Source: Methylophaga frappieri | GTDB taxonomy: Bacteria > Pseudomonadota > Gammaproteobacteria > Nitrosococcales > Methylophagaceae | DNA length: 32,000 nt | Reading direction: 5' to 3' | Assembly: GCF_000260965.1 (NCBI RefSeq) | Contig: NC_017856.1 | Location: forward strand, 2,340,001 to 2,372,000 | Shown here: positions 22,693 to 32,000 of the stretch, in pieces | Numbering within the stretch: position 1 is the first letter of the stretch | Layout of the letters: each line of letters starts with the position of its first letter | Made by a program: the position numbers and the translations under genes | The notes under the pieces: model-generated | What the model was told of the DNA's origin: nothing | Databases searched by the model: none | Seen by the model: only the letters and a program-made list of their open reading frames with translations

Positions 22693-24006
22693 ATGAGCAT
22701 GTTGCAGTTATTGAACACCACGACTGATGTGGGCAAATCGGCTGGCGATAGCAAAACGAGTAAAGCAGATACGTCTGCGGCAGAAGGGTTTCAAGCGGCT
22801 TTCAAACAAGAATTTGATAGCAATAAACTGGTCAAAGCTGCATCAGAAAAAGAATCTGGCGGGCTTGGTGAAGCGGCAATAAAGGATGCGGGTCAAAAAA
22901 GCGGCAAAAAATTGCCGGCTGATATGGCTAGCGAGAAGGCGGTTGAGGCGAGTGCGAAAACACGGCCCGGTAATGACCTGCCCGATGTAGCCACAGATGA
23001 GGTGATGACCGAGATTGTGTCCCTGTTAAAAGCAGCAGGCATATCAATTTCACCGGAACAGGCTGCCGAGTTGCTCGACAGTGATATGCAAGATATTGAG
23101 TCACTCCGGTTGGTTTTTGCCCGTGATTCTGATGACTTGTTGATGTCAGATACCGAGTCAGATCAGGCTTTGGCATTGGTGCTACAGCAACTTACTCCCC
23201 TCATGACTGAGCAAAAGCAAGCATCTGCCACCCCATTCTCTGTGATGGCGAGTACGCCAATGCCTCTCGCCGTGCCACAATCTGCTGCGACGGCCCTGGC
23301 AGACGTGCTGGCGCCGATATTGACGTCCGTTGAAGAGAGTGGATTAACCGTAAAAACGGCAATGCAAAATTGGTTGAACCAGCAAAATATGGATAAGCCG
23401 AACCTGACCGCTGCACAGATAGCGGGATTACTGGTGGCGCAGTCACGCCAAGTGCAACCTAGCTCTGACCAAAGCAGTCTGTCTGGCGGTGCGATAGCCA
23501 CCATTAGCAATTCTGCTCCCGCTGCGAGTTCCGGCGTAGCGGCCATGACCACGTCATCCACCACGACATTTACGGTACAACCCCAACTTGATAATACGGC
23601 ATGGGGTCGCGTTGTTTCCAGCCGGGTGAGTTATATGGCCAAAGAGGGTATACAGCAGGCAGAATTGCGTCTGAATCCAGCCAGTCTGGGACCAGTTGAA
23701 GTCCGGTTGCAACTTCAACAAGATCAAGCGAGCGTGACATTTCTGGCGCAAAATCAGGCAACACGTGAGGCGCTTGAACAAGCTTTACCCCGTTTACGAG
23801 ATAGTCTTGCGGAGCAGGGCCTATCTTTGACGCAAGCGGATGTTGGTCAGCAACAAGCGGATCAGTCTGCGGAAAGAGAAAGCAGTATGGAAAATGCGCA
23901 TTTAACTCAAGTTTCAGTCACAATTGACGATAGTCATGGTGAGCAGGAAAGAGAACCGGATTCAGTCATCGAGCATGATGATGGCAGACTGAGCCTTTAT
24001 GCTTAA
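22693..24006 (+). CDS. fliK: Flagellar hook-length control protein FliK
   Basis: 437 aa. The N-terminal two-thirds are low-complexity and Ala/Ser/Gln-rich. The conserved FliK C-terminal domain is QAELRLNPASLGPVEVRLQLQQDQASVTFLAQNQATREALEQALPRLRDSLAEQGLSL. Confidence 0.92.
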   Translation: MSMLQLLNTTTDVGKSAGDSKTSKADTSAAEGFQAAFKQEFDSNKLVKAASEKESGGLGEAAIKDAGQKSGKKLPADMASEKAVEASAKTRPGNDLPDVATDEVMTEIVSLLKAAGISISPEQAAELLDSDMQDIESLRLVFARDSDDLLMSDTESDQALALVLQQLTPLMTEQKQASATPFSVMASTPMPLAVPQSAATALADVLAPILTSVEESGLTVKTAMQNWLNQQNMDKPNLTAAQIAGLLVAQSRQVQPSSDQSSLSGGAIATISNSAPAASSGVAAMTTSSTTTFTVQPQLDNTAWGRVVSSRVSYMAKEGIQQAELRLNPASLGPVEVRLQLQQDQASVTFLAQNQATREALEQALPRLRDSLAEQGLSLTQADVGQQQADQSAERESSMENAHLTQVSVTIDDSHGEQEREPDSVIEHDDGRLSLYA

Positions 24007-24047
24007 AATAATAAGGCAGCTAAAACACGAAAGGCAGGAGAGAGTGT

Positions 24048-25241
24048 GTGTTTAAACTAGAAAATTATTCGCTTAGAAAGCGCATGTATATTGTGGCAGG
24101 ATTTGGCATCATCGGTTTGTTGCTGTTTGCCTTGCTCAGTTGGTACATGCAGCGTCAGGCACTGACCGCTGAGTCCAAACTGCTATTCATTCTGGCCTAC
24201 TTGGTTGTCAGCGGCGGCTTGTTAATGTTTGTGGCACATTATATCGGTCGTTTTGGCGACAAGCGTGCGACAACGTTGGTAGCCGGTATTCAGAATATTA
24301 AACAAGGCGATCTGACTCAGAAAGTCGCTATCCCGGGACGTAGCGACTTTAGCTGGATGGCTTTTGAGCTGGATAGTGCACGAAAAAATGTGGCTAATCT
24401 GGTGCATACACTGACTGGCGGTATTGAACAATTAAATACCGCGACAAAAAACATGACCTCGATTAGTAAAGAGACGGTATCCGGGGTTCTCAAACAACAG
24501 GCGGAAACAGACCAAGTCGCGACCGCTATGAATGAAATGACCGCATCAGTGCAAGAAGTGGCAAGAACTGCGTCAAATGCCGCTGAAGCGGCACGCAATG
24601 CGGATAATGAAGCTAAAGCGGGTAAAAAAGTTGTGCTGCAAACCATGACCTCCATTGATTCGCTGGCCAGTGAAGTGGAAAAAGCCGCCGATACCATCAG
24701 CAGTCTCGAAGCAGATATCAACAACATTGGTGCCATCATTGATGTCATTCGTGGTATCACGGAACAAACGAATTTGCTGGCTTTAAATGCGGCGATCGAA
24801 GCGGCCAGGGCGGGGGAGCATGGTCGTGGCTTTGCGGTTGTCGCCGATGAAGTTCGCACGCTGGCTTCTCGCACGCAATCGTCAACCCATGAAATTGAAG
24901 AAATGATCGAACGGCTTCAAATTGGCGCCAGAGAAGCAGTGAAAGTCATGAATGACAGCCGTGAAAAAGCCAGAAATAGTGTCGACATGGCTGAAAGTGC
25001 CGGTGCGGCACTGGATACCATCACTGCGATGATCAGCACAATGGATGAAATGAGCGCACAAATTTCGAGTGCGGCAAATGAGCAGTCGGCCGTTGCAGAA
25101 AATATTAACCGGGGCATTGTTGAGATTAGCCAGATTGCCGATCATACCGCCGATGGTGCGCGTGAGGCATCAGCAGCAGTTGATACACTAAACAGCTTGT
25201 CCGGCCAGTTGCAGGAAGCCTCGGGCAAATTCAAAATTTAA
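24048..25241 (+). CDS. Methyl-accepting chemotaxis protein with a TM hairpin and no periplasmic ligand-binding domain
   Basis: 397 aa with a GTG start and AGGAG at 24036-24040. Two TM segments (about aa 14-33 and 45-65) are separated by roughly 11 residues. A HAMP-like segment follows, then the conserved tip [38 protein letters not shown]. Confidence 0.93.
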   Translation: MFKLENYSLRKRMYIVAGFGIIGLLLFALLSWYMQRQALTAESKLLFILAYLVVSGGLLMFVAHYIGRFGDKRATTLVAGIQNIKQGDLTQKVAIPGRSDFSWMAFELDSARKNVANLVHTLTGGIEQLNTATKNMTSISKETVSGVLKQQAETDQVATAMNEMTASVQEVARTASNAAEAARNADNEAKAGKKVVLQTMTSIDSLASEVEKAADTISSLEADINNIGAIIDVIRGITEQTNLLALNAAIEAARAGEHGRGFAVVADEVRTLASRTQSSTHEIEEMIERLQIGAREAVKVMNDSREKARNSVDMAESAGAALDTITAMISTMDEMSAQISSAANEQSAVAENINRGIVEISQIADHTADGAREASAAVDTLNSLSGQLQEASGKFKI

Positions 25242-25266
25242 TTGCTGAATAACCCATATTGTGAAT

Positions 25267-25291
25267 AAGCCCGCTGATGCGGGCTTTTTTT
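25267..25291. terminator. Bidirectional rho-independent terminator between the MCP gene and pyrF
   Basis: AAGCCCGC (25267-25274) pairs with GCGGGCTT (25279-25286) around the loop TGAT, followed by T5. On the minus strand an A-run precedes the stem. It overlaps the pyrF stop codon region. Confidence 0.85.
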
Positions 25292-25979
25292 ACAATAAAG
25301 ATTGGTTAATTTGTGCCAATGCCGCCTGAGGATTCGCCGCCTGCGTGATTGGGCGGCCAATGACCAGGTAATGACTGCCAGCGTTGATTGCGGCGGCAGG
25401 AGTCATGATGCGGTGCTGATCATCAGTCTGGCTACCTGCTGGACGAATGCCCGGCGTCACCAGCGCAAACTGGTCTCCCTGTTGCTGACGCAACAGCGCT
25501 GTTTCCTGTGCCGAGCAAACCACACCATCAAGACCGTTATCTGCCGCCATTTCTGCTAATTTACTGACAGTTCCTTGCATATCGCCATGCAAGCCGATGT
25601 GGTGGAAAGTATTGGCATCCATGCTGGTTAGCAAGGTGACGCCAATGAGTAGCGGTGCATCCGCGAAATCAAGCGCCTGCCTTGCCGCCTTGAGCATGGC
25701 CGGCCCGCCTAAAGTGTGAACATTGACCATCCAGACACCTAATTCGGCAGCGGCAGCGCAGGCACGAGCCACCGTGTGGGGAATATCGTGATATTTCAAA
25801 TCCAGAAACACGTCAAAGCCACGTTGATGCAACGCGGTAACGATAGCAGGGCCACTTCGGGTAAATAATTCTTTACCGACTTTTAAACGACAGTCTGAAG
25901 CAGATAATTGATCGGCCAAGGCCAGGGCGCTGTCAGCATTGGGGTAGTCCAAGGCGACAATAATTCGAGGGTCACTCAT
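25290..25979 (-). CDS. pyrF: Orotidine 5'-phosphate decarboxylase
   Basis: 229 aa with the OMP decarboxylase signatures [19 protein letters not shown] and [15 protein letters not shown]. Confidence 0.95.
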   Translation of the reverse strand: MSDPRIIVALDYPNADSALALADQLSASDCRLKVGKELFTRSGPAIVTALHQRGFDVFLDLKYHDIPHTVARACAAAAELGVWMVNVHTLGGPAMLKAARQALDFADAPLLIGVTLLTSMDANTFHHIGLHGDMQGTVSKLAEMAADNGLDGVVCSAQETALLRQQQGDQFALVTPGIRPAGSQTDDQHRIMTPAAAINAGSHYLVIGRPITQAANPQAALAQINQSLL

Positions 25980-26079
25980 AACTTGCTCATATGATTGTGG
26001 TGTGGATATCCTACCGGAACGGCATTTATTCCGCGCTAATGACGGCGAAAATGCTATCCTGTGCAGCTATTTTAGCTGA

Positions 26080-27198
<1,119 letters not shown>

Positions 27199-27224
27199 TC
27201 TGCTATCAAGCCGTTGATTGAATA

Positions 27225-27233
27225 TGGCATAAT
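27225..27233 (+). promoter_or_regulatory. Candidate extended -10 promoter upstream of yajC
   Basis: TGGCATAAT fits the TGnTATAAT-type extended -10 pattern. It lies 34 nt upstream of the yajC ATG. No convincing -35 element is present. Confidence 0.3.
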
Positions 27234-27266
27234 CGCTGTCTTTTAGAATCTGACAAAGGAAAAACG

Positions 27267-27593
27267 ATGGATTTTCTGATTTCACCTGCACTGGCTGAAA
27301 CTGGTGCTGCAGCAGGCCCAAGTATGCTGGACTTTGCTTTCCCAATCATTTTGCTGGTGTTGTTCTACGTGATGCTGATTCGCCCGCAACAAAAGCGAGC
27401 TAAAGCGCACCGCCAAATGCAATCTGCTCTGGCCAAGGGCGATGAAGTCGTTACCGATGGCGGGCTGATGGGCAAGATTCTGGAGATTAATGACAATGCC
27501 ATCAGTGTTCAGATAGCCGAAAATGTTGAGGTTAAAGTGCGCCGCGAAGCTATCAGCGCTGTTTTGCCAAAAGGCACCTTGAAAAAACTGTAA
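27267..27593 (+). CDS. yajC: Preprotein translocase subunit YajC
   Basis: 108 aa with a single TM segment followed by MLIRPQQKRAKAH...LAKGDEVVTDGGLMGKI. It sits in the conserved tgt-yajC-secD-secF order. Confidence 0.93.
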   Translation: MDFLISPALAETGAAAGPSMLDFAFPIILLVLFYVMLIRPQQKRAKAHRQMQSALAKGDEVVTDGGLMGKILEINDNAISVQIAENVEVKVRREAISAVLPKGTLKKL

Positions 27594-27644
27594 TTTATAG
27601 TTCGGTACCTGACTGTTAAACGGTACCGTAATCTGGATTTAGCA

Positions 27645-29501
27645 ATGAACCGATATCCTTTGTGGAAAAACCTGTTGTTGTTAGTGGTGATAGCCACGGC
27701 GGTGATTTATGCCATGCCAAATTTATATGGCGATGATCCGGCAGTACAAATTTCGGCGGGTCGTCAGGCATCTCTTGATAATGCCTTGGTGAGCAACGTT
27801 GAAACGCAGCTTAAAGAGGCCGATCTCCCCTATAAAGGCCTGACCTTGGAAGATAATCGCCTACTAATTCGTTTTGCGGATGCGGACAGTCAATTAAAAG
27901 CACGTGAAATGATTGCCGGCTCGCTCGCAGAGCAAGACTATATCGTGGCGCTAAACTTGGCACCAACTACGCCAGAATGGTTAACAGGCTTAAAAGCAGA
28001 GCCGATGAATCTGGGGCTGGATTTGCGCGGTGGGGTGCATTTCCTGATGGAGGTGGACATGCAAGCTGTCCAGCATCAGGCGCTAACCGGGATTGCAGAT
28101 GACCTCAGATTGTTATTACGGGAATCGGTCATCCGATATACCCGGGTCGAGGTAGAAGGCGATACCTTATTTTTGGGTTTCCGTGATGCAACCGAGCGTG
28201 ACAAGGCAGAACAAGAAATCAGCCGCGACTACCCTGACGTTGTTGTGTCAACTGATGAGTCGGCTGACCGTCCCACCCTCGCCTTGAACATGACGGAAAC
28301 GTTTTTGCGGGAAACGCAGACACTGGCACTACAGCAAAACATCACGACGTTGCGTAACCGCATTAACGAATTAGGGGTCGCGGAGCCAACGGTACAACAG
28401 CAAGGTCAGAATCGGATTGTGGTGCAATTACCCGGCGTTCAAGATACCGCGCAGGCCAAAAAAATCCTGGGTGCGACGGCAACACTGGAATTTCGGTTAG
28501 TCGATTTTGAAAGTGATGTGCAGTCGGCTGTAAACGGTCGCGTACCGGCTAATTCTGAATTATTTAATCACCGCGATGGTACGCCTTACTTGTTAAACAA
28601 GCGGGTTATGCTGACTGGTGAAAACATCATTAATGCTGCCTCAACGCTTGATGCACAAACGAATTCACCGGCGGTTTCGGTGACCATTGATGGTAAGGGT
28701 GCGCGGATATTCAGTAATGTGACCGGTGACAATATCGGCAACCCAATGGCCGTGGTTTTTATCGAGTCAAAAAGTGAGACTGAAGTCGTTGCTGGGGAAG
28801 AGGTTCGTGTCCGTAAGCAATTCCCGGAAATTATTAGTGTCGCGACAATTCGGGATCAGCTGGGTAAAAAGTTTCAAATCACGGGGCTGGATAGTACCAC
28901 CGAGGCGCGGGATTTAGCGTTATTACTAAGAGCAGGTGCATTAGCGGCGCCAATTGAGATTGTTGAAGAACGCACTGTCGGGCCAAGTATGGGGCAGGAA
29001 AATATCGACAAAGGCTTTAAGTCCGTCGTTATCGGTTTAGTGCTCGTATTGGTCTTTATGGCTGTCTGGTATCGGGTGTTTGGCCTGGTTGCGAATCTGG
29101 CGCTTGCCGTTAACCTGGTGTTGCTGGTGGCGTTATTATCTATGCTGCAAGCCACACTGACTATGCCGGGTATTGCTGGTATCGTCTTGACGGTGGGGAT
29201 GGCAGTCGATGCCAATGTATTGATTTTTGAACGTATTCGCGAAGAGTTGCATATCGGCAATAGCCCGCAGGCCAGTATTCGCGCCGGTTATGATAAGGCG
29301 CTGTCTACCATCGCCGATGCCAATGTGACGACCTTAATTGCTGCCGTAGTACTGTTCGGCTTTGGTACCGGGACCATCAAAGGTTTTGCTGTCACCTTGT
29401 CGCTGGGGATTTTAACGTCCATGTTTACTGCCATCATGGGTACGCGGGCTTTAGTTAATTTGATTTATGGTCGCCAGCACCGGCCAGCGCTGTCGATTTA
29501 A
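27645..29501 (+). CDS. secD: Protein translocase subunit SecD
   Basis: 618 aa. Conserved blocks are MNRYPLWKNLLL, LGLDLRGGVHFLMEVD and the C-terminal 6-TM block ...GIAGIVLTVGMAVDANVLIFERIREE.... Confidence 0.96.
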   Translation: MNRYPLWKNLLLLVVIATAVIYAMPNLYGDDPAVQISAGRQASLDNALVSNVETQLKEADLPYKGLTLEDNRLLIRFADADSQLKAREMIAGSLAEQDYIVALNLAPTTPEWLTGLKAEPMNLGLDLRGGVHFLMEVDMQAVQHQALTGIADDLRLLLRESVIRYTRVEVEGDTLFLGFRDATERDKAEQEISRDYPDVVVSTDESADRPTLALNMTETFLRETQTLALQQNITTLRNRINELGVAEPTVQQQGQNRIVVQLPGVQDTAQAKKILGATATLEFRLVDFESDVQSAVNGRVPANSELFNHRDGTPYLLNKRVMLTGENIINAASTLDAQTNSPAVSVTIDGKGARIFSNVTGDNIGNPMAVVFIESKSETEVVAGEEVRVRKQFPEIISVATIRDQLGKKFQITGLDSTTEARDLALLLRAGALAAPIEIVEERTVGPSMGQENIDKGFKSVVIGLVLVLVFMAVWYRVFGLVANLALAVNLVLLVALLSMLQATLTMPGIAGIVLTVGMAVDANVLIFERIREELHIGNSPQASIRAGYDKALSTIADANVTTLIAAVVLFGFGTGTIKGFAVTLSLGILTSMFTAIMGTRALVNLIYGRQHRPALSI

Positions 29502-29511
29502 GGGTTGAGTC

Positions 29512-30462
29512 ATGCATGTATTAAGCAAAGAAACCAATATCAATTTTATCGGTATTCGAAAGTATGCCTTGATCTTGTCAGCGTTGTTATTGCTGGTCTC
29601 GGTTTACGCGATTGTTACCAAAGGACTTAATTTTGGTATCGATTTTACTGGCGGCACGATGATTGAAATCGCTTATCCTGAGCAAGCGGATTTAAATCAA
29701 ATTCGGACGACTTTAAGCGAAGCCGGCTACGATGATGCCGTGGTGCAAAATTTTGGTTCATTGCAAGACGTTTTGATTCGTTTACCAGTCATTGCCGACC
29801 AGAATATGGCTGATCTGAGTAATGAGGTAGTGGCTGTTTTATCCGCGAATGATAATCAACAAATTCAGGTCAATCGCGTTGAATTTGTTGGCCCGCAAGT
29901 GGGTGAAGAGCTGACAGAAGACGGTGGTTTGGCCATGATTTATGCACTGTTTGGCATTCTGATTTATGTGGCATTTCGTTTTGAATATCGGTTTGCGATT
30001 AGTTCGGTGTTTGCCTTAGTGCATGACGTGGTATTAACCGTGGGCTTTTTTGCCTTGTTCGAGCTGCAATTTGATTTAACGATATTGGCGGCGATTCTTG
30101 CTGTTATTGGTTACTCTCTGAATGACACCATTGTGGTATTTGACCGTATTCGTGAGAATTTCCTGAAACTGAGAAATGCCGAGCCACCCGAGGTGATTAA
30201 TGTCTCCGTGAATGGCACACTGGGGAGAACCATCATGACCTCAATGACCACTTTGCTGGTCGTCATCTCGTTATTCATTTTTGGTGGTGAAGTGATTCAT
30301 GGCTTTGCCATGGCTTTACTGGTTGGTATTGTTATTGGTACCTATTCTTCAATTTACATCGCCGGTAGCAGTATTTTGTTATTAGGCGTTAGCAAATATG
30401 ATTTGTTGCCACCAGAAAAAGAGAATGATGATGCTGTCGGATCGGACGGTAGCCAAGTGTAA
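29512..30462 (+). CDS. secF: Protein translocase subunit SecF
   Basis: 316 aa. Conserved blocks are LNFGIDFTGGTMIE and IGYSLNDTIVVFDRIRENF. It follows secD. Confidence 0.96.
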   Translation: MHVLSKETNINFIGIRKYALILSALLLLVSVYAIVTKGLNFGIDFTGGTMIEIAYPEQADLNQIRTTLSEAGYDDAVVQNFGSLQDVLIRLPVIADQNMADLSNEVVAVLSANDNQQIQVNRVEFVGPQVGEELTEDGGLAMIYALFGILIYVAFRFEYRFAISSVFALVHDVVLTVGFFALFELQFDLTILAAILAVIGYSLNDTIVVFDRIRENFLKLRNAEPPEVINVSVNGTLGRTIMTSMTTLLVVISLFIFGGEVIHGFAMALLVGIVIGTYSSIYIAGSSILLLGVSKYDLLPPEKENDDAVGSDGSQV

Positions 30463-30573
30463 TCTGGTCGGCGCCTGATTGTTGAAATCTGCTTTGGTCA
30501 AATGATGTATTAGCTTGCCGGGTGAGTGGCAAGCAGAATGAAGTGCATGATGCGCCAGCGACGATACAAAAAA

Positions 30574-31158
30574 TCAGACCGCATTGTATCGAAAACAGCT
30601 TTCAACATGATCGTTGATCATGCCCGTTGCCTGCATGAGTGCGTAGATTACGGTACTGCCGACAAATTTGAAGCCACGCTTTTTTAAATCCTGGCTAAGC
30701 GCATCACTTTGTTTACTGGTTGCTGGGATAGCTTGTTCGTGCTGCCACTGGTTTTGTATGGGGGCGTGATTGACAAAACCCCATATATAGTGAGTGAAGC
30801 TGCCAAATTCCTGCTGTATTGCCATAAAAGCGCGCGCATTGACAATCGCTGAATACACTTTCAATTTATTGCGAATGATTCCTTTATTCTTTAGTAAGGC
30901 ATCGATTTTGGACTGATCGTATTCGGCGATTTTGGTGTAATCGAAATTATCAAAAGCTTTGCGAAAGTTTTCTCGTTTGCGAAGGATGGTTATCCAGCTG
31001 AGACCGGCCTGAAAGGTTTCCAGTAATAAAAATTCAAACATCGTGCTGTCATCGCGTACTGGTACACCCCACTCTTTGTCATGGTAAGCAACGTAGAGCG
31101 GATCCGTTCCACACCATTGACAGCGTATTTTTACGGATTTCGGATTGCTTGCGGTCAT
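30574..31158 (-). CDS. tag: DNA-3-methyladenine glycosylase I
   Basis: 194 aa. Blocks RCQWCGTDPLYVAYHDKEWGVP, FLLLETFQAGLSWITILRKRENFR and KKRGFKFVGSTVIYALMQATGMINDH align closely with E. coli Tag as recalled. Confidence 0.93.
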   Translation of the reverse strand: MTASNPKSVKIRCQWCGTDPLYVAYHDKEWGVPVRDDSTMFEFLLLETFQAGLSWITILRKRENFRKAFDNFDYTKIAEYDQSKIDALLKNKGIIRNKLKVYSAIVNARAFMAIQQEFGSFTHYIWGFVNHAPIQNQWQHEQAIPATSKQSDALSQDLKKRGFKFVGSTVIYALMQATGMINDHVESCFRYNAV

Positions 31159-31205
31159 GGTTGATTGGATTGAGAGTGGCGATAAAGCAAAGGATAATGG
31201 GTATT

Positions 31206-31445
31206 TTAGCGGGGTTGATGGGCAGGGTAACCAGCGTGGGCTTTCGCCACTGGTAAGGCAATGATCTCAGCAGAGGCAGGCTGGCAGGCATCATTGGCAG
31301 AACCCACTGACTCGACGCTAAGAATACGCAAGCCGGCGTAGTCACTGCGATAGCTCATAAAGGTCGCAAATTCTTCCAGCCCCTGCATGATCTGTCGTAA
31401 CTCCAGTTCAGCGCTGCGCCCTAATTTAGCCATGTTGTTGCTCAC
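31206..31445 (-). CDS. Hypothetical small protein (79 aa), doubtful
   Basis: The ORF ends 47 nt upstream of the tag start on the same strand. I recognise no motif. A competing 88-aa ORF (31079-31345) overlaps in another frame. Confidence 0.3.
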   Translation of the reverse strand: MSNNMAKLGRSAELELRQIMQGLEEFATFMSYRSDYAGLRILSVESVGSANDACQPASAEIIALPVAKAHAGYPAHQPR

Positions 31446-31605
31446 TTAGATTATCAATCTCAAAGAGTGTATCGACCGCTATTCTGATTTCTTGAAAAAA
31501 AGCATGGCTGCAGTAATCGCGTGGGTTTGATACGCTATATTTTGTGAACGTAAAGTAAAATATCTTCGTAGCAGGTCATATCAGTTCAATAGCAGGGCTA
31601 GCCTT

Positions 31606-32000
31606 ATGATAAAGTCAATATTGATCAGCGTTTTGATGTTGAATACGGCCGTTATGGCTGATGATCCCACCTATCGTTTATTTGCAACCAATGAGCGTGA
31701 CAATACTTTATCTGTTATAAACAGCCAGACGCTGAAAGTTGAAGAGACTATCAATATTGGTTTGCGGCCAAGAGGCATCGGTTTTTCAACAGATCGTAAG
31801 CTACTCTATGTTGTTGCCAGTAATGAAAACAAGATTGTCGTTGTCGATCCGAAAACACTCGAGATAATAAAAAAAATTGACACGGGCGAAGAGCCTGAAA
31901 CCTTTGCGGTTAATCCCAAAAATGGCTATTTGGTGACCTCAAGTGAATATGATGGTGAAGCTGTGTTTATCGATCCACAAGCGAACGAGAAAGTTGCCAT
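31606..32000 (+). CDS. Secreted YVTN-type beta-propeller repeat protein, 3'-truncated by the window edge
   Basis: It is not in the ORF track because no stop is reached. ATG 31606 gives MIKSILISVLMLNTAVMADDPTYRLFATNERDNTLSVINSQTLKVEETINIGLRPRGIGFSTDRKLLYVVASNENKIVVVDPKTLEIIKKIDTGEEPETFAVNP.... This shows a signal peptide plus repeated YVxxxxxxxVxVID blades. Confidence 0.6.
   Translation, partial: MIKSILISVLMLNTAVMADDPTYRLFATNERDNTLSVINSQTLKVEETINIGLRPRGIGFSTDRKLLYVVASNENKIVVVDPKTLEIIKKIDTGEEPETFAVNPKNGYLVTSSEYDGEAVFIDPQANEKVA

Noticed and set aside
24317-24874. 185-aa antisense ORF inside the MCP gene. Similar long antisense ORFs occur at 23163-23564, 21869-22267, 14238-14633, 12109-12501, 10292-10666, 9723-10106 and 28874-29260.
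   Set aside because: These are shadow ORFs opposite strongly supported genes. They are Ala/Ser/Arg-rich or low-complexity translations with no SD or motif, as expected from codon-biased Ala/Leu/Glu-rich sense frames.
27603-27628. CGGTACC...GGTACCG hairpin between yajC and secD as a terminator
   Set aside because: The stem is only 7 bp with a 12-nt loop and no T-tract. yajC-secD-secF is normally one operon. The symmetry partly comes from the palindromic GGTACC occurring twice.
30513-30534. GCTTGCC-N8-GGCAAGC hairpin between convergent secF and tag as a bidirectional terminator
   Set aside because: The stem is 7 bp with no U-run on either strand. It may still contribute to termination, but the evidence is too weak to annotate.

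Overview
All calls below come from reading the sequence and recalling motifs; no database search was run. The window holds the core of a polar-flagellum gene cluster from a gammaproteobacterium. It is organised like the Pseudomonas/Vibrio FleQ(FlrA) > FleSR(FlrBC)/RpoN > FliA hierarchy. Gene order on the + strand is: flgK (5'-truncated), flgL, two paralogous ~600-aa flagellins, flaG-fliD, fliS-fliT, fleQ, fleS-fleR, fliE-F-G-H-I-J. A tightly packed five-gene chemosensory-like module follows (STAS protein, CheY, CheA, CheW, ParA-like ATPase), wedged between fliJ and fliK. Next come fliK and a methyl-accepting chemotaxis protein (MCP) that has no periplasmic sensor domain. The flagellar block ends at about 25.2 kb. 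Ordinary housekeeping genes follow: pyrF (-), tgt-yajC-secD-secF (+), tag (-), a doubtful small ORF (-), and a 3'-truncated secreted beta-propeller gene (+). I can read four good sigma54 (-24/-12) promoters, upstream of flagellin 1, fleS, fliE and fliK. I can also read two good sigma28 promoters (flagellin 2 and fliS) plus one weak one upstream of the STAS gene. An identical 14-mer, GTCATTTTTTTGAC, flanks fleQ and looks like a FleQ box. Three hairpins look like terminators: two rho-independent, one weaker. The most unusual content is the STAS-CheY-CheA-CheW-ParA-like module inside the flagellar export/hook-length operons. Its ParA-like protein has lost the KGG of the deviant Walker A, its STAS protein lacks the phosphorylatable serine, and no CheB/CheR/CheZ is present in the window. 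I saw no rRNA, tRNA, CRISPR, IS element or integrase.
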